Below are positions 1-13,318 of a stretch of 64,000 bases of DNA, piece by piece (the stretch's first letter is position 1; each line of letters opens with the position of its first letter). The translations under genes were made by a program, and so were the position numbers. The notes below the pieces were generated by a model, which searched no databases, was not told the DNA's origin, and saw only the letters and a program-made list of their open reading frames with translations. The DNA is from Octopus sinensis (taxonomy: Eukaryota): contig NC_042997.1 in assembly GCF_006345805.1 (NCBI RefSeq), positions 188,108,001 to 188,172,000 of the forward strand, in the 5' to 3' direction.

Positions 1-350
1 GCCGTTCGCCAGCCTCATCTGGCACCTGTGTCGGTGGCACATAAAAACACCTTCCGAAGACCTGGCAAGACTAGTCAGTCCACCTGTGCATACCTTCCTT
101 CTTGTGACACTTGTGAAGACCGGTTGAGGCAAGTGAAAATCAAATCAAATCAAAATAGACAAAATAGATGAACATCAATGGAATTTGTATCTTGTGGTAC
201 CAGTGCCTGTGGCACACAAGAAATCCATCAGTGCTGTTGTCAGTGCGGTGGGCACATGACAAACACCATCCGATCGTGGCCGTTCGCCAGCCTCATCTAG
301 CACCTGTGTCGGTGGCACATAAAAAAAAGTTATATGACCAGAAAAAAATA
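1..350 (+). mobile_element. RTE LINE 3' UTR fragments (GTGCC-GGT-GGCAC repeat units)
   Basis: Same ...gtggcacataaaaa..caccatccg.. units as the longer RTE 3' ends at 16905-17620 and 20640-21540. Confidence 0.65.
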
Positions 351-859
351 TTTCAACACTAAGTAATTTCATTTCCCTTCTGTAAATCAAAGATTTAGAA
401 AATATTATTCAACTTGAGACCATACTATTCATCTTGCTAAGCAAGCAGGTGATCTTCAAGATTTGAGAGTATTGCCATTATTGCTGTTGTTGTTATTTAA
501 CCCTGAGTTAGCACTGATTGACCAGACTATGATGAGATACATTTTGGTCATAACCACAGTGTCAGTACTTCTGGGTCCACAATATCCAGTATATATTTCC
601 TCAGATGGTAGTGTATAATGTGAGAGAGTGAGATTTGGTTACTATTTCTAGTAGGTTGAGTAGCTAGACAGAAGCTCAGGAGGCATAAAAATCCTCTTCC
701 CTGTTTTTCATATTTGACAGAATATTTATTCATATTGATTCCTTCATGGAACTACATCAAGTTAATAACTATGATTGGTTTTTTATTACCCATGGAGGTA
801 AGGTAATATTTCCCCATGGTTAGACATGTCCTCACAGAACATAGAAGATCATTTCAGTT

Positions 860-1031
860 TGAGGAGTGGCTGTGTGGTAAGTAGCTTGCATACAAACCAC
901 ATGGTTCCGGGTTCAGTCCCACTGCGTGGCACCTTGGGCAAGTGTCTTCTACTAAAGCCTCAGGCCGACCAAAACCTTGTGAGTGGATTTGGAAGACAGA
1001 AACTGAAAGAAGCCCATTGTATATATGTGCA

Positions 1032-1081
<50 letters not shown>

Positions 1082-1340
1082 TACTCTTGGAGTGGTTGGC
1101 GTTAGGAAGGGCACCCAGCTGTAGAAACTCTGCCAGATCAAGATTGGAGCCTGGTGCAGCCATTTGGTTTGCCAGTCCTCAGTCAAAATCGTCCAACCCA
1201 TGCTAGCATGGAAAGCGGACGTTAACCGATGATGATGATGATGATGATTATATATATATATAAGTCCTGGGGTCGATTTGCTTGACTAAAGGTGGTGCTC
1301 CAGCATGGCCACAGTCAATTGACTGAAACAAGTAAAAGAG
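860..1340 (+). mobile_element. tRNA-headed SINE (family A) with an RTE 3' UTR inserted in its internal (TA)n
   Basis: Head ggagtggctgtgtggtaag...ggttccgggttcagtccc (A/B-box-like), then (TA)n, then RTE 3' UTR ending in (GAT)n at about 1083-1247, then the SINE tail ending gaaacaagtaaaagag. Confidence 0.75.
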
Positions 1341-1974
1341 TAAATATTGCTTCAGATTAGAGTCTTTAGATTTATGCTTGATGAAAACTACTTCTGTTTG
1401 GGAAGTTAGTTGCTTAACAAGAATTACCTTCTGCTTCACACTCTTGGCTTAAATGATTTATATCAAGATTAATTTTGGGACAAGCCATTAATAAAAATAT
1501 CTCTATAAAGTCTAAGGTGAGAAACAACTGTTAGTATCATTGAAAGACTTTTTACTATATACAGAGAATTCTTATGACTTTGAATAGTGGCTGGTTGTAA
1601 TAGCAATTATTGTTGATATATCGGTGGTAGCTTTATAATAAAGGTGTTGAGAGTACCAGGAGTAATAGTTTGGATGATTTTCTCTTTAAAAAAGTGTAAA
1701 ACAGATGTCAATATACAAAAACATTACATACAAGTTTTGTCTTGCTTCAGTCAGCCTTCATGAAGCAAATCTATGATCAAAGGCATCCAAGCCATGAGCA
1801 TCCAATCACCTTTTTTTTTTCAAAGTATAGTATGTAATCTGGACTACATTCAATGTATTCTTTCTCAAGACACTAAGATATGATTTTTGAGTGGTTTAGC
1901 TTAATGAGTCAAAGAAGCTACAGTACATGTAGTGAAGACATTATGAATTCTCATAAAATACTTTCCAATCATAT

Positions 1975-2310
1975 ACTCTTTTACTTGTTTCAGTCATTTG
2001 ACTGTGGCCAGGCTGGAGCAAATCAACCCCAGGACTTATTCTTTGTAAGCCTAGTACTTATTCTATCGGTCTCTTTTGCTGAACTGCTAAGTTACGGGGA
2101 TGTAAATACAGACACACAAACATACACATATATATATATACATATATATAACAGGCTTCTTTCAGTTTCTGTCTACCAAATCCACTCAGAAGGCTTTGGT
2201 CAGCCCGAGGCTATAGTAGAAGACACTTGTCCAAGGTGCCATGCAGTAGGACTGAACCCGGGAACCATGTGGTTGGTAAGCAAGCTACTTACCACACAGC
2301 CACTCCTATG
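1975..2310 (-). mobile_element. SINE family A copy
   Basis: Reverse complement of the family A head and tail. Similar copies at about 9580-9972(-), 13690-13845(-), 23375-23780(-), 30128-30460(+), 30900-31315(-), 32040-32490(-), 41850-42160(+), 43630-44040(+), 52065-52485(+), 52490-52885(-) and 63890-64000(-). Confidence 0.8.
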
Positions 2311-2724
2311 TCAACCTTTTTTCAGCCATGCAGAAAGTTAGAATTTAACGAAGTAGACAGGATTTTTACCTTATAATTCACTATTACTCAACTGGGTTCC
2401 TTGAAATGTCACCTCTTTAGATGTATATAATAAATATTATCATCATCGTTATTGTTGTTGTCACTGTCGTCATCCTCTTCCTCCCTGGTTATCACCCCCG
2501 CCTCCTTCCCCTACCACCCCCACCTCCTCCTTGGTTTAACATCCACCTTTGCATGCTTGAATGGGTCAGACAGAATTTGTTGAAGTCGATTTTCTATGGC
2601 TGGATACCTATCCTGTCGCAATCATCAACTGTTTCCAAATAAAGTGATGTACTTCCCCATGGCTAGACATGTTTTCATGGAAAACTTGAAAATGAATGAC
2701 ACTGCTTCTATGATGATAGTAATG

Positions 2725-3400
2725 TTTCATCATCATCATCATCATCATTTAACGTTCGCTTTTCATGCTAGCATGGGTTGGACGATTTGACTGAGGACTG
2801 GTGGACCAGATGGCTGTGCCAGGCTCCAATCTGATCTGGCAGAGTTTCTACAGCTGGATGCCCTTCCTAACGTCAACCACTCCGAGAGTGTAGTGGGTGC
2901 TCTTACGTGCCACCAGCACGAGGGCCAGTCTGGCAGTACTTGCAATGGCGACACTCGAAATGGTGTTTTTTATGTGCCACCTGCACAGGAGTCAGTCCAG
3001 TGGCACTGGCAATGACCTCGCTCAAATGTTTTGTTCACGTGCCACCAGCACAAGTGCCAGTAAGGCAACGCTGGCAACGATCACGCTCAAATGGTGCTTT
3101 TTACGTGCCACTGGCATGGAAGCCAGACAGCTGCTCTGGCAGTGATCCCGCTTGGATGGAGCTGTTAGCACTCCACTGGCACGGGTGCCAGTCCCCGAAT
3201 TTGGTTCAATTTGAATTTCACTTACCCCAACAAGTCTTTGCAAGCAGAGTTCAGTGTCCAAAAAGGAAAGGTATGCATGAGTGAGCTGGCTACATCCCTG
3301 GTAAAGGCCACGGGTTATGGTCTTGTTTGTCCTGCTGGGTCTTCTCACGCACAGCATATTTCCAAAGGTCTCGGGCACTAGTCATTGCCTCGGTGAGGCC
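2725..3400 (-). mobile_element. RTE LINE 3' end with (ATG)n tail
   Basis: (CAT)n followed by ttaacgt.cgctttccatgctagcatgggttggacg and the internal repeat units. Further copies at about 19440-19600, 34520-34710, 36610-36910, 37590-37945, 37990-38320, 40740-40880, 53235-53360 and 56320-56745. Confidence 0.75.
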
Positions 3401-4629
3401 ATTTGTAACTATCATTTGTAACATGATGTGACAGAAATTTGTAATTTTCTATTTATGCGTAGAACCTGAGCTAAAAGACATTTCAATTCTATCAGCAAAG
3501 TAACATAAAAATAACATACAAATCAAGGTAGAAGATAACAAATTGATATCCATCATTAGAACTAGGTTCATCAAGATTTGCACCAAACAAAATAGAATGG
3601 ATAAAATATTTTCTTAATTGCTTAGTCAGTAAAGAAGGGCAGCACTCATGAGCCTTTTTAAGGGCACTCATACTAATGAGAGGGAAGGAGATATTCCCAA
3701 ATTAGGGGCCTAGCCTAAATGTTTGCAATAACATGGACTATGCTAAAAGCACCAAAAAACTAGGTGGTGTTAAACCAGACAACAGATTAAACCTATCACC
3801 CAAGTAAGCCACTTTGGGAGTTGAACTCAGAACTGAAAATGCCAGAACAAATACCATAAGGCATCCCCCATCTCATTCTCCTACAGTTCTGCCAGTTCAC
3901 TACTCTAAACTGGCACTTTATTTATTGACTCTGAAAGGATGAAAGACAAAGTTGACCTTGGTAGGATTTGAATGTAGAATGTGAAAAGCCAGGACAGACA
4001 CCATAAGGCATTTTATCCAATGTTCTAATGACTTGGTCATTAGAAATATATGGTAACAGAGACCTCTCTATGGCAAATTAAAACCAGGTTTATAGGAAGT
4101 TAAGCATACATAGATATTAGACAAATGTGTCAGTGGCTATTTAGTGATTGAAATGACAGAAACTAAAGGTTTCTCATTGATGCACTAAACATAAGATTCA
4201 CAGCAGATGTTTATGAGACACAATATATTACAGTAGTTACAAGTTATTCCCATAGCTTGTGTAAGCAATAAGATGAGGTTATTTTTCCATTTTGTATCAG
4301 GACTTTAAATGTAGCAAGCTGTAGTAAATTCACAAATGGAATAGCATACATCTGATATTTTATTCACTAAGTCAATAGTAATTATAACGTATTAATCCTT
4401 CCATTAATCACAAAGATCCACAGGACTGGTATTAAATACTAGCTCTCTATTGACTGTTGTGATTTATGAAAGAATTCCCTTTCCTCTTTGACCTAGCCAT
4501 AATAATAAAATAAATTAAAAGAAAAAAATACTTGTAAACATAAGTAGTAAATTTCTATCTGGATAGATCATTAGTATATTGCCAATAACTTTCCAAGAAT
4601 GGCCAAGTACTCATTCTTTAGCTAGATAA

Positions 4630-4718
4630 ATGAAACAATGTACAATTATGTATCATTTCGAGACACGTGTGAAGAGGCCTTGTCAAAAGACGTTCAATGA
4701 AATATTGAAATGGGCTCG
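4630..4718 (+). CDS. candidate coding exon MKQCTIMYHFETRVKRPCQKTFNEILKWA(R), unidentified gene
   Basis: Open frame, four CpGs in a CpG-poor neighbourhood, donor CG|gtgaca. No homology recognised. Confidence 0.2.
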
Positions 4719-5205
4719 GTGACATTTTGAATGGTAAGACAAGGAATTAAGTTGACAGAACAAACTATATTATTGACAAAATAATGAATATAAATTTTAT
4801 ACTGTAAGACTGAAAAGCAGGTGGTTATAAATGTTAGAATCGTTCATGAAAGTTAGAATAAGATGGTAAAGTTCTTAATTGATCCTATGAATGGTAAACA
4901 AGAGTTGAATTGACAAAATAGAAATGTACTGGTCAGTTGTGGAATGCAAAAATTAGAATTCTGCATTTTGGGAAAGATTTTAGTTACATTTATTAGTTCA
5001 GTTTTTAAAAAGAGCCTTGGTTGGAAAGCTTGGTTTTGAAATCAAGACATTACTACATCTATAAGGGGACAAATTCATGGACTGGATGACAAAGAGAAAA
5101 ATCATTAGGATTAAGTACACAGGATTCTAAAATTATAGTTACATGAAGGCATACATCATGTTTATATATTTTTTCTACCAGTCAGCTGCTGTCTGCAGTC
5201 AGTAG

Positions 5206-5636
5206 TCACAAATATGACTGTTCATGACTTTGGCATGACTCAAAAAGCTTTCTCCATACTGGTTGGTCTTTCGCTTGAGTTTGCCATTTATTACAATCAA
5301 TTCCTTTCCACTTCATATTCCCTTTTGCAGTTTCTTTGAATCTCAGTCGAGGTTGTCTATGGTTTCTTTTCCCCATGCATAATTGGGTGTAAAGGAGTTG
5401 TCTGGGGAATCTCCCTTTGTCCATCCTGTGTACATGTCCAAATCGTAAGAGGCAGACCAGCATGCTGTATGATCTCTTCAGCACTGAGCAACCAGCAAAC
5501 TATCATCAGTGAATAGTGCATGCCTTTGCCTTATACTGTGCAGCATTGAACAGATCAGCATCATGCAGTCTGGATGTAACCCACCCACTGACTCCTGCGA
5601 GGGCAACTTCCAACACTGCTGCAAAATAGAGGGAGA
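5206..5636 (-). mobile_element. RTE LINE relic (left arm of head-to-head pair), internally deleted
   Basis: FTDD-like motif near 5500 and the RTE C-terminal motif FGHVHRMDKGRFPRQLLYTQLCMGKRNHRQPRLRFKE. Confidence 0.8.
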
Positions 5637-5641
5637 GCACT

Positions 5642-6240
5642 GTTCTCCCTCTATCTCTCAGCAGTGTTGGAAGTTACCTTCAAGGAAATTAGGGGAGGGG
5701 ATTTACAACCAGATGTGGCATGATGCTGATCTGTCCAATGCTGCACAGTATAAAGCAAAGGCATGCACTATAAAGGCTCTTGTGCAAAAGATACCATTTG
5801 CTGATGATGGTGTGCTGGTTGCCCACAGTGCTGCAGATATGCAGGAACTGATTGATAACTTTGCCAGAGCTGCACAACAGTCCAGCTTCAAGATTAACAT
5901 CAGAAAAAAAAATAGCCAAATGCTTTACCAGCCTGTGGAGACCCTACATGCCCCTGTAATAAAAGAAAACATTACTATTAGACATTAAAGGCTGGTCCAG
6001 TGCAAAGCATTCAAATACCTAGGCAGCACCATCTCAGATAATGCACAACTGGACCAGGAAACCAAAACCATATACAAAATGAGCTGAGCTAGTGCTTCAT
6101 TTGACAGGTTGATGGAGAGGCTGTGAGAAAAAAAAAGCACGATTTTGTAAGTGTCAAATGTAAGGTATGCCAAGCTATAATGCTTTTTTCTCTGCTATAT
6201 GAGGCTGAAACCTAGACAGTCTACAAAGCTCGAGTGTACA
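5642..6240 (+). mobile_element. RTE LINE reverse transcriptase relic (right arm)
   Basis: IPFADDGVLVAHSAADMQELIDNFARAAQQSSFKINIRK, then FKYLGSTISDNAQLDQE, with frameshifts and stops. Confidence 0.85.
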
Positions 6241-6462
6241 TGGCTGTAATAGACCATTCTCAGACAGTGACGTGTAACATCACCATAGAGCAGAAGTAAA
6301 CAAACTTATCATCCCACCAGCCACTGGAGTATGACACTTATGCCAGCATGTCTTGGCCTGTCCTTGCCCATTGAACAACACTAGTGTTGTACTGAAAGAG
6401 TGATACTAGCCAATTGCAAAAGCTAGTTTTACTTCATGACTTCACAAGCAGTTCTTTGATAA

Positions 6463-7095
6463 ATGATGCAAGAAAAAGTCAATAGCAGATTGTATTAAAA
6501 TTTAAGTACAAAGTAATATTGGATATTTTGCTTGTATCAATATTTGAAGTCCACATCACTCATTTCTGATATTTACTGTTTTTGTAGCAGGACTGTTAAG
6601 CCATTATATAATTTGAATGAAATGGTAAAAGATTCCCTTACTGGCTCAGATATCACCCAGATAAAGGTCTGCACTGGTTCACTCCCACTCCAGCAGCCAT
6701 GAAGTGTAAAATATGATACAGGAAAACAATGAATATTGCCGAACTGAACTAGCCAAGCACAAGGCTCAATTTAATGAACTGATATGGGTGTCTCTGAGAA
6801 TTTTCCATGCAAAGACTAAAGCTGAGAATCCAGAATGAATCTAAGTATTCCTTGTACTGTAAGGGCAGATGAATCATAGTTCTCCTATAAGGGTTGGTGA
6901 TTTTCAGGTGTTATTAGCTTTGAAAGACCTTGTATTTGATGCAAGAAAAAGTCGATAGCTGATTATATTAAAATTTAAGTACAAAATAATATTGAATATT
7001 TTGCTTATATCAATATTTGAAGTATACATCACTCATTTCTGATATTTACTGTTTTTGTTGTAGGACTGTTAAGCCATTATATATTTTGAATGAAA
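6463..7095. repeat. about 160-bp diverged direct repeat (about 6463-6622 and 6937-7095)
   Basis: tgatgcaagaaaaagtc...gactgttaagccattatata.tttgaatgaaat occurs twice with scattered substitutions. Confidence 0.9.
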
Positions 7096-8007
7096 TTACT
7101 GTCACGACTGATGTCATGTAAAGAGACAGTTTTCCTGAGCACTTGTGTAGCTGGTCATGTATGCGGTTTATAGAACTAAAAAAATTCAATCACTACCTTT
7201 TATTTGTCTACTGAAGGGTGAGTTTTTTTGTAGGAACAGGAATAGTATCTAATACTTCCCCCCTGTTAATATTTGGAAAGATTTGAGATGATACTTAAAA
7301 TCCTCCATAGTATTTCAAATATTTTTCAGATATTTTTAGCATCAGAAAACAAATTAGTGTCTATTAATGCTGTGGATGACATGTACACTAATTTGGAATA
7401 ACATATTTTGAACGTAACAAACATATCTCTAAGGGCATTCACATCAAAACAGAAACTGCCTAACACATTAATAAGTCATCAAATTAAGAAATGTGTTGAT
7501 TTTTGATAGTATGTTATTTGCTGTTTCCTTAAAAGGTCAATAAAGATTATCTTACAGGTTAAGGTTCTTCTTACTTGTCATTGAAGAATCTGCTATAGGA
7601 ATTGTTTGATCTTGGCAGTTAAAAATTAGTTAACATGGCTAATAGATGACATTAATCTTGGAGGAAAACACTGAGACAGTATCAAGGTCCAAGTACACCT
7701 GGCAATCTGCTTCACATAGACAGAAATAATTCGAATCCTAATTATCATGATGTTTACAGTTCTTGAAGAGGAACAATATGTTGGAAAAAGAAAATAATGG
7801 GATACCGTATTTCATACATTTCCGGTACATTTCTTAATTACAAAACTTGTTCAAAGTGTTGTCTCTTTATAATATTGTATTCTTGATGATTTGTACACTT
7901 TTCAACATTTATCTGGAGGAATGTGTGCACAACTACCAACAGAGGGTCCAGGCTCAATCCTACTGTCTTCTGCAATAACCTCAGGTGGACAGAAACTGTG
8001 AAAGATG

Positions 8008-8238
8008 GTGAGCTGGCAGAATCGTTAGCATGCTGGGTGAAATGCTTAGCGGTATTGCGTCTGCCGTTACGTTCTGAGTTCAAATTCTGCCAAGGTCAGC
8101 TTTGCCTTTCATCCTTTCGGGGTCGATAAATAAAGTCCCAGTTATGCACTAGAGTTGATGTAATCGACTTAATCCCTTTGTCTGTCCTTGTTTGTCCTCT
8201 CTATGTTTAGCCCCTTGTGGGTAATAAAGAAATAAGAA
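8008..8238 (+). mobile_element. tRNA-headed SINE family C
   Basis: gagctggcagaatcgttagc...ttctgagttcaaatt...ctttgcctttcatcctttcggggtcgataaa. Other copies at about 10675-10905(-), 12448-12678(-), 19765-19895(-), 29752-29940(+) and 31505-31735(+). Confidence 0.8.
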
Positions 8239-8784
8239 ACTGTGAAAGTCTGTCAGGCAGTACCTGTTCATAGGTAGCAGACTTAGTCCATCATTAGTTT
8301 TACGCCAACACCTGAGTCTTGCATACTTTTAGTGAGATCTACTCAGTTTCAAATGTTTTGACCAGCTGTTTTGATTTAAAGATGCCTGGGATTCTTGATT
8401 TGTTGTTTCCTATGGCAGCAAATCATGAACTATGGTTTCTTCTTTCCTTTCTATTCACCTGTCTGGGAGGACCTGCAAAGAGCATGGACACTGTTCTCTA
8501 CTTCCTCAGACTAAGCTTTTCTCATCACCCTTGTTTAATGTGCACTTTTCCATGCTTGCATAGGTTGGAAAAAGTTTATTGCAGTAGATTTTCTACTGCC
8601 AGATGCCCTTCCTCTAGCCAGATCTTACTTGTTTTAAGGTAAGGTAAATATTTCCCCATGACCAGATGTATTTCCAAAGAATACTGGAAATGAATGATAT
8701 TTATTTACAACAATCAGGTGGTGTCAAGACAACGAGACACAAACATACACTCAAATGTACATACATACATACATTTTATTTATT

Positions 8785-9080
8785 TATGCACCATTTTCAA
8801 GCCTAGCTAGGCTCATGGGCCTAGTTTCTGTGGCATATGTGTTCTCCCCAGCTGGACGGGACGCCAGTCCATCGCAGTGTTACCCAAGAAACAAGAAGAA
8901 AGAGTGAGAGAAAGTTGGGGTGAAAGAGTACAACAGGGGTTGCCACCACCCCTGCCGGACCCGGGTGGAGCTTTAGGTGTTTTCGCTTAATAAACACACA
9001 TAACGTCCAGTCTGGGAATCGAAACTGCGATCCTCTGACCATGAGTCTGCTGCCCTAACCACTGGGCCATTGCGCCTCCA
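8785..9080 (-). mobile_element. tRNA-headed SINE family D, tail type 1
   Basis: Minus strand reads gtggaggcgcaatggcccagtggttagggcagc...gtttcgattccc (A/B boxes), later ctgcgatggactggcgtcccgtccag, and ends in an (AATA)n tail. Confidence 0.75.
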
Positions 9081-9311
9081 CATACATACATACATCTTTT
9101 ATCATTTATCTTTTACTTGTTTCAGACATTTAGACTGAGCCATGCTTGGGAACCACCTTGGAGAATTTTAGTCAAACGAATCAACCTCAATACCTATTTA
9201 TTTTTAAGCCTGATAATTAATTTATCATTCTTTTTTGCTGAACTGCTAAGTTACCAGAATGGAAACACAGCAACATTGGTTGTCAAGTAATGGTGGAGGA
9301 TACTTATAAAT

Positions 9312-9415
9312 AATTGTTTCGAGCCATCTAGCATCGATCCCTAATTGGTGGGATACTAAACATCTGGTTTAGATGTATCCCATGAGGGATCAATGCTAGA
9401 TAGGTCAAAACAATT
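9312..9415. repeat. about 104-bp imperfect palindrome (hairpin)
   Basis: aattgtttcgagccatctagcatcgatccct...gggatac is the reverse complement of gtatccc...agggatcaatgctagataggtcaaaacaatt. Confidence 0.85.
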
Positions 9416-9773
9416 GTAGTGATCAATAAACTTTCTCATATCTTCCATCTTCTGTTTCTCATTAATCAAATACCCAATGGACACTGAGAAAATGAATGTG
9501 CTTTACCAGTAAACTACCAGGTGGATACCATATGATTTATTAACTAATAAGCATATATATATGTCTTTTACTCTCTCTTTATGCTTTTACTTGTTTCAGT
9601 CATTTGACTGTGGCCATGCTGGAGCACCACCTTTTAGTCAAACAAATCAATCCCAGGACATATTCTTTGTAAGCCTAGTACTTATTCTATCCGTCTCTTT
9701 TGCTGAACTGCTTAGTTATGAGGATGTAAACACCAGCGTCAGTTGTCAAGCGATGTTGGGGGGACAAACACAG

Positions 9774-9823
<50 letters not shown>

Positions 9824-9825
<2 letters not shown>

Positions 9826-11555
9826 CAGGCTCCTTTCAGTTTCCGTCTACCAAATCCACTCACAAGACTTTGGTCGGCTCGAGGCTATAGTAAAAGACAC
9901 TTGCCCAAGGTGCCACGCAGTGGGACTGAACCCGGAACCATGTGGTTCATAAGCAAGCTACTTACCACACAGTCACTATATATCTATATATCATCATCAT
10001 TTAATGTCTGTTTTCCATGCTGGCATGGGTTGGACAGTTTGACAGGATCTGGCAAGGCCAGGAGTCACACCAGGTTTCATACTGTTTTGGTTTGGTTTCT
10101 AACACCACCCATTTTATAGTATACTAAGTGCTTTTTATGTGGTACCATTACAAGTGGTACTATCACCAATGCTTTTTACATGGCACCAGCACCAGTGCTT
10201 TTTATGTGGCACCAGCACCAACACCAATGCTTTTTACATGGCACCTTGGTTTTAGGATACCAATTCTATTGTGGAAGCATGAGTTCTTGAGTACAGCAAT
10301 GCCCCACATATCTTGGTCCTCTGTCAGCATTTTGAAATCAGCCATCAATACTTTGTCCCATATTTTCCTGGGTCTTCCTCTTCCCCAACTTCCCTCCATT
10401 TTGAGTGATCAGCACTTGCTTATGCAACTGTCCTCAGCTGGTGTTTTAAGGTCCATCTGTATCATCTGACCAAATCAGCACAGTCTCCTTTCTCATACAC
10501 TGCATATAATTCCTCTTATGATTAACTTTTCTCTCCATCCACAAGTTCATTTTCTACACATGCATCATACACTCTCCTTTTAACTTAGGGAAATACCTTT
10601 GGTTATCAACAGAGGAAAAAGCTCTCTGAACTTTATCCATCCTATTCTTATTTTAGAAATTACACAGTTTCTTATTTCTTTATTGCCCACAAATAAACAT
10701 AGAGGGGACAAACAAGGACAGACAAAGGGATAAAGTTGATTACATCGACCCCAGTGCATAACTGGTACTTAATTTATTGACCCTGAAAGGATGAAAGGCA
10801 AAGTTGACCTCAGCAGAATTTGAACTCAGAATGTAACAGCAGACGAAATACGGCTAAGCATTTAGCCTGGCATGCTAACGTTTCTGCCAGCTCGTCGCCT
10901 TTCTGTACAACTGCCACCACTGTTAATAAAGACACCTAGGTAGTAAACACTTCCAAAGAGCATCTGAGACATTTGAGAAAATCTGTTTCCCATGTATCTG
11001 TGGCTTTTATGGCTCCTGTACATCTTCCACATACAAACACTACTTTCTCTGTTAATCTTCTTACTATTTCACTGCACCTCTTGTGGATATATAGCTTGCG
11101 CTAGGTACACCAAATGGAATTTCTACCTACACCCTTCCTACATATCAAGCAGGGCCATTTACCTGAAGTGAGAAGAGTCCTGTCCAATTTCTTGCTTACT
11201 AGGACCTTGTTCTTTGCTAAGTTAACCTTAAAACACCAGATTCTGTTTCCATACCTGGGATTTCTTTACTAACTCTGTTACAGATTCTATGTGGACCAGA
11301 TCAACAACATATAGTAGTTCCCATGGGCTTCCATTCTGAATTCCTCTGTTAGTCCTTGGAGGATGATGATGAATAGTAGGGGGGCTGAGGATTGAGCCTT
11401 GGTGAATACCTACCTGTGTAAATGCACACACACACACACTTTGCTTATTTTTACACTTTGGTTTTTTGCTGAATTTTTTTCTTGAGAACACATTCTTTGT
11501 GGAAAATGGCAATTTTGACGTCTATATCTAGCATATAGGCTGTCCATTTATATAT

Positions 11556-11598
<43 letters not shown>

Positions 11599-13318
11599 CA
11601 GGCTCCTTTCAGTTTCCGTCTACCAAATCCACTCACAAGACTTTGGTCGGCTCGAGGCTATAGTAAAAGACACTTGCCCAAGGTGCCACGCAGTGGGACT
11701 GAACCCGGAACCATGTGGTTCATAAGCAAGCTACTTACCACACAGTCACTATATATCTATATATCATCATCATTTAATGTCTGTTTTCCATGCTGGCATG
11801 GGTTGGACAGTTTGACAGGATCTGGCAAGGCCAGGAGTCACACCAGGTTTCATACTGTTTTGGTTTGGTTTCTAACACCACCCATTTTATAGTATACTAA
11901 GTGCTTTTTATGTGGTACCATTACAAGTGGTACTATCACCAATGCTTTTTACATGGCACCAGCACCAGTGCTTTTTATGTGGCACCAGCACCAACACCAA
12001 TGCTTTTTACATGGCACCTTGGTTTTAGGATACCAATTCTATTGTGGAAGCATGAGTTCTTGAGTACAGCAATGCCCCACATATCTTGGTCCTCTGTCAG
12101 CATTTTGAAATCAGCCATCAATACTTTGTCCCATATTTTCCTGGGTCTTCCTCTTCCCCAACTTCCCTCCATTTTGAGTGATCAGCACTTGCTTATGCAA
12201 CTGTCCTCAGCTGGTGTTTTAAGGTCCATCTGTATCATCTGACCAAATCAGCACAGTCTCCTTTCTCATACACTGCATATAATTCCTCTTATGATTAACT
12301 TTTCTCTCCATCCACAAGTTCATTTTCTACACATGCATCATACACTCTCCTTTTAACTTAGGGAAATACCTTTGGTTATCAACAGAGGAAAAAGCTCTCT
12401 GAACTTTATCCATCCTATTCTTATTTTAGAAATTACACAGTTTCTTATTTCTTTATTGCCCACAAATAAACATAGAGGGGACAAACAAGGACAGACAAAG
12501 GGATAAAGTTGATTACATCGACCCCAGTGCATAACTGGTACTTAATTTATTGACCCTGAAAGGATGAAAGGCAAAGTTGACCTCAGCAGAATTTGAACTC
12601 AGAATGTAACAGCAGACGAAATACGGCTAAGCATTTAGCCTGGCATGCTAACGTTTCTGCCAGCTCGTCGCCTTTCTGTACAACTGCCACCACTGTTAAT
12701 AAAGACACCTAGGTAGTAAACACTTCCAAAGAGCATCTGAGACATTTGAGAAAATCTGTTTCCCATGTATCTGTGGCTTTTATGGCTCCTGTACATCTTC
12801 CACATACAAACACTACTTTCTCTGTTAATCTTCTTACTATTTCACTGCACCTCTTGTGGATATATAGCTTGCGCTAGGTACACCAAATGGAATTTCTACC
12901 TACACCCTTCCTACATATCAAGCAGGGCCATTTACCTGAAGTGAGAAGAGTCCTGTCCAATTTCTTGCTTACTAGGACCTTGTTCTTTGCTAAGTTAACC
13001 TTAAAACACCAGATTCTGTTTCCATACCTGGGATTTCTTTACTAACTCTGTTACAGATTCTATGTGGACCAGATCAACAACATATAGTAGTTCCCATGGG
13101 CTTCCATTCTGAATTCCTCTGTTAGTCCTTGGAGGATGATGATGAATAGTAGGGGGGCTGAGGATTGAGCCTTGGTGAATACCTACCTGTGTAAATGCAC
13201 ACACACACACACTTTGCTTATTTTTACACTTTGGTTTTTTGCTGAATTTTTTTCTTGAGAACACATTCTTTGTGGAAAATGGCAATTTTGACGTCTATAT
13301 CTAGCATATAGGCTGTCC

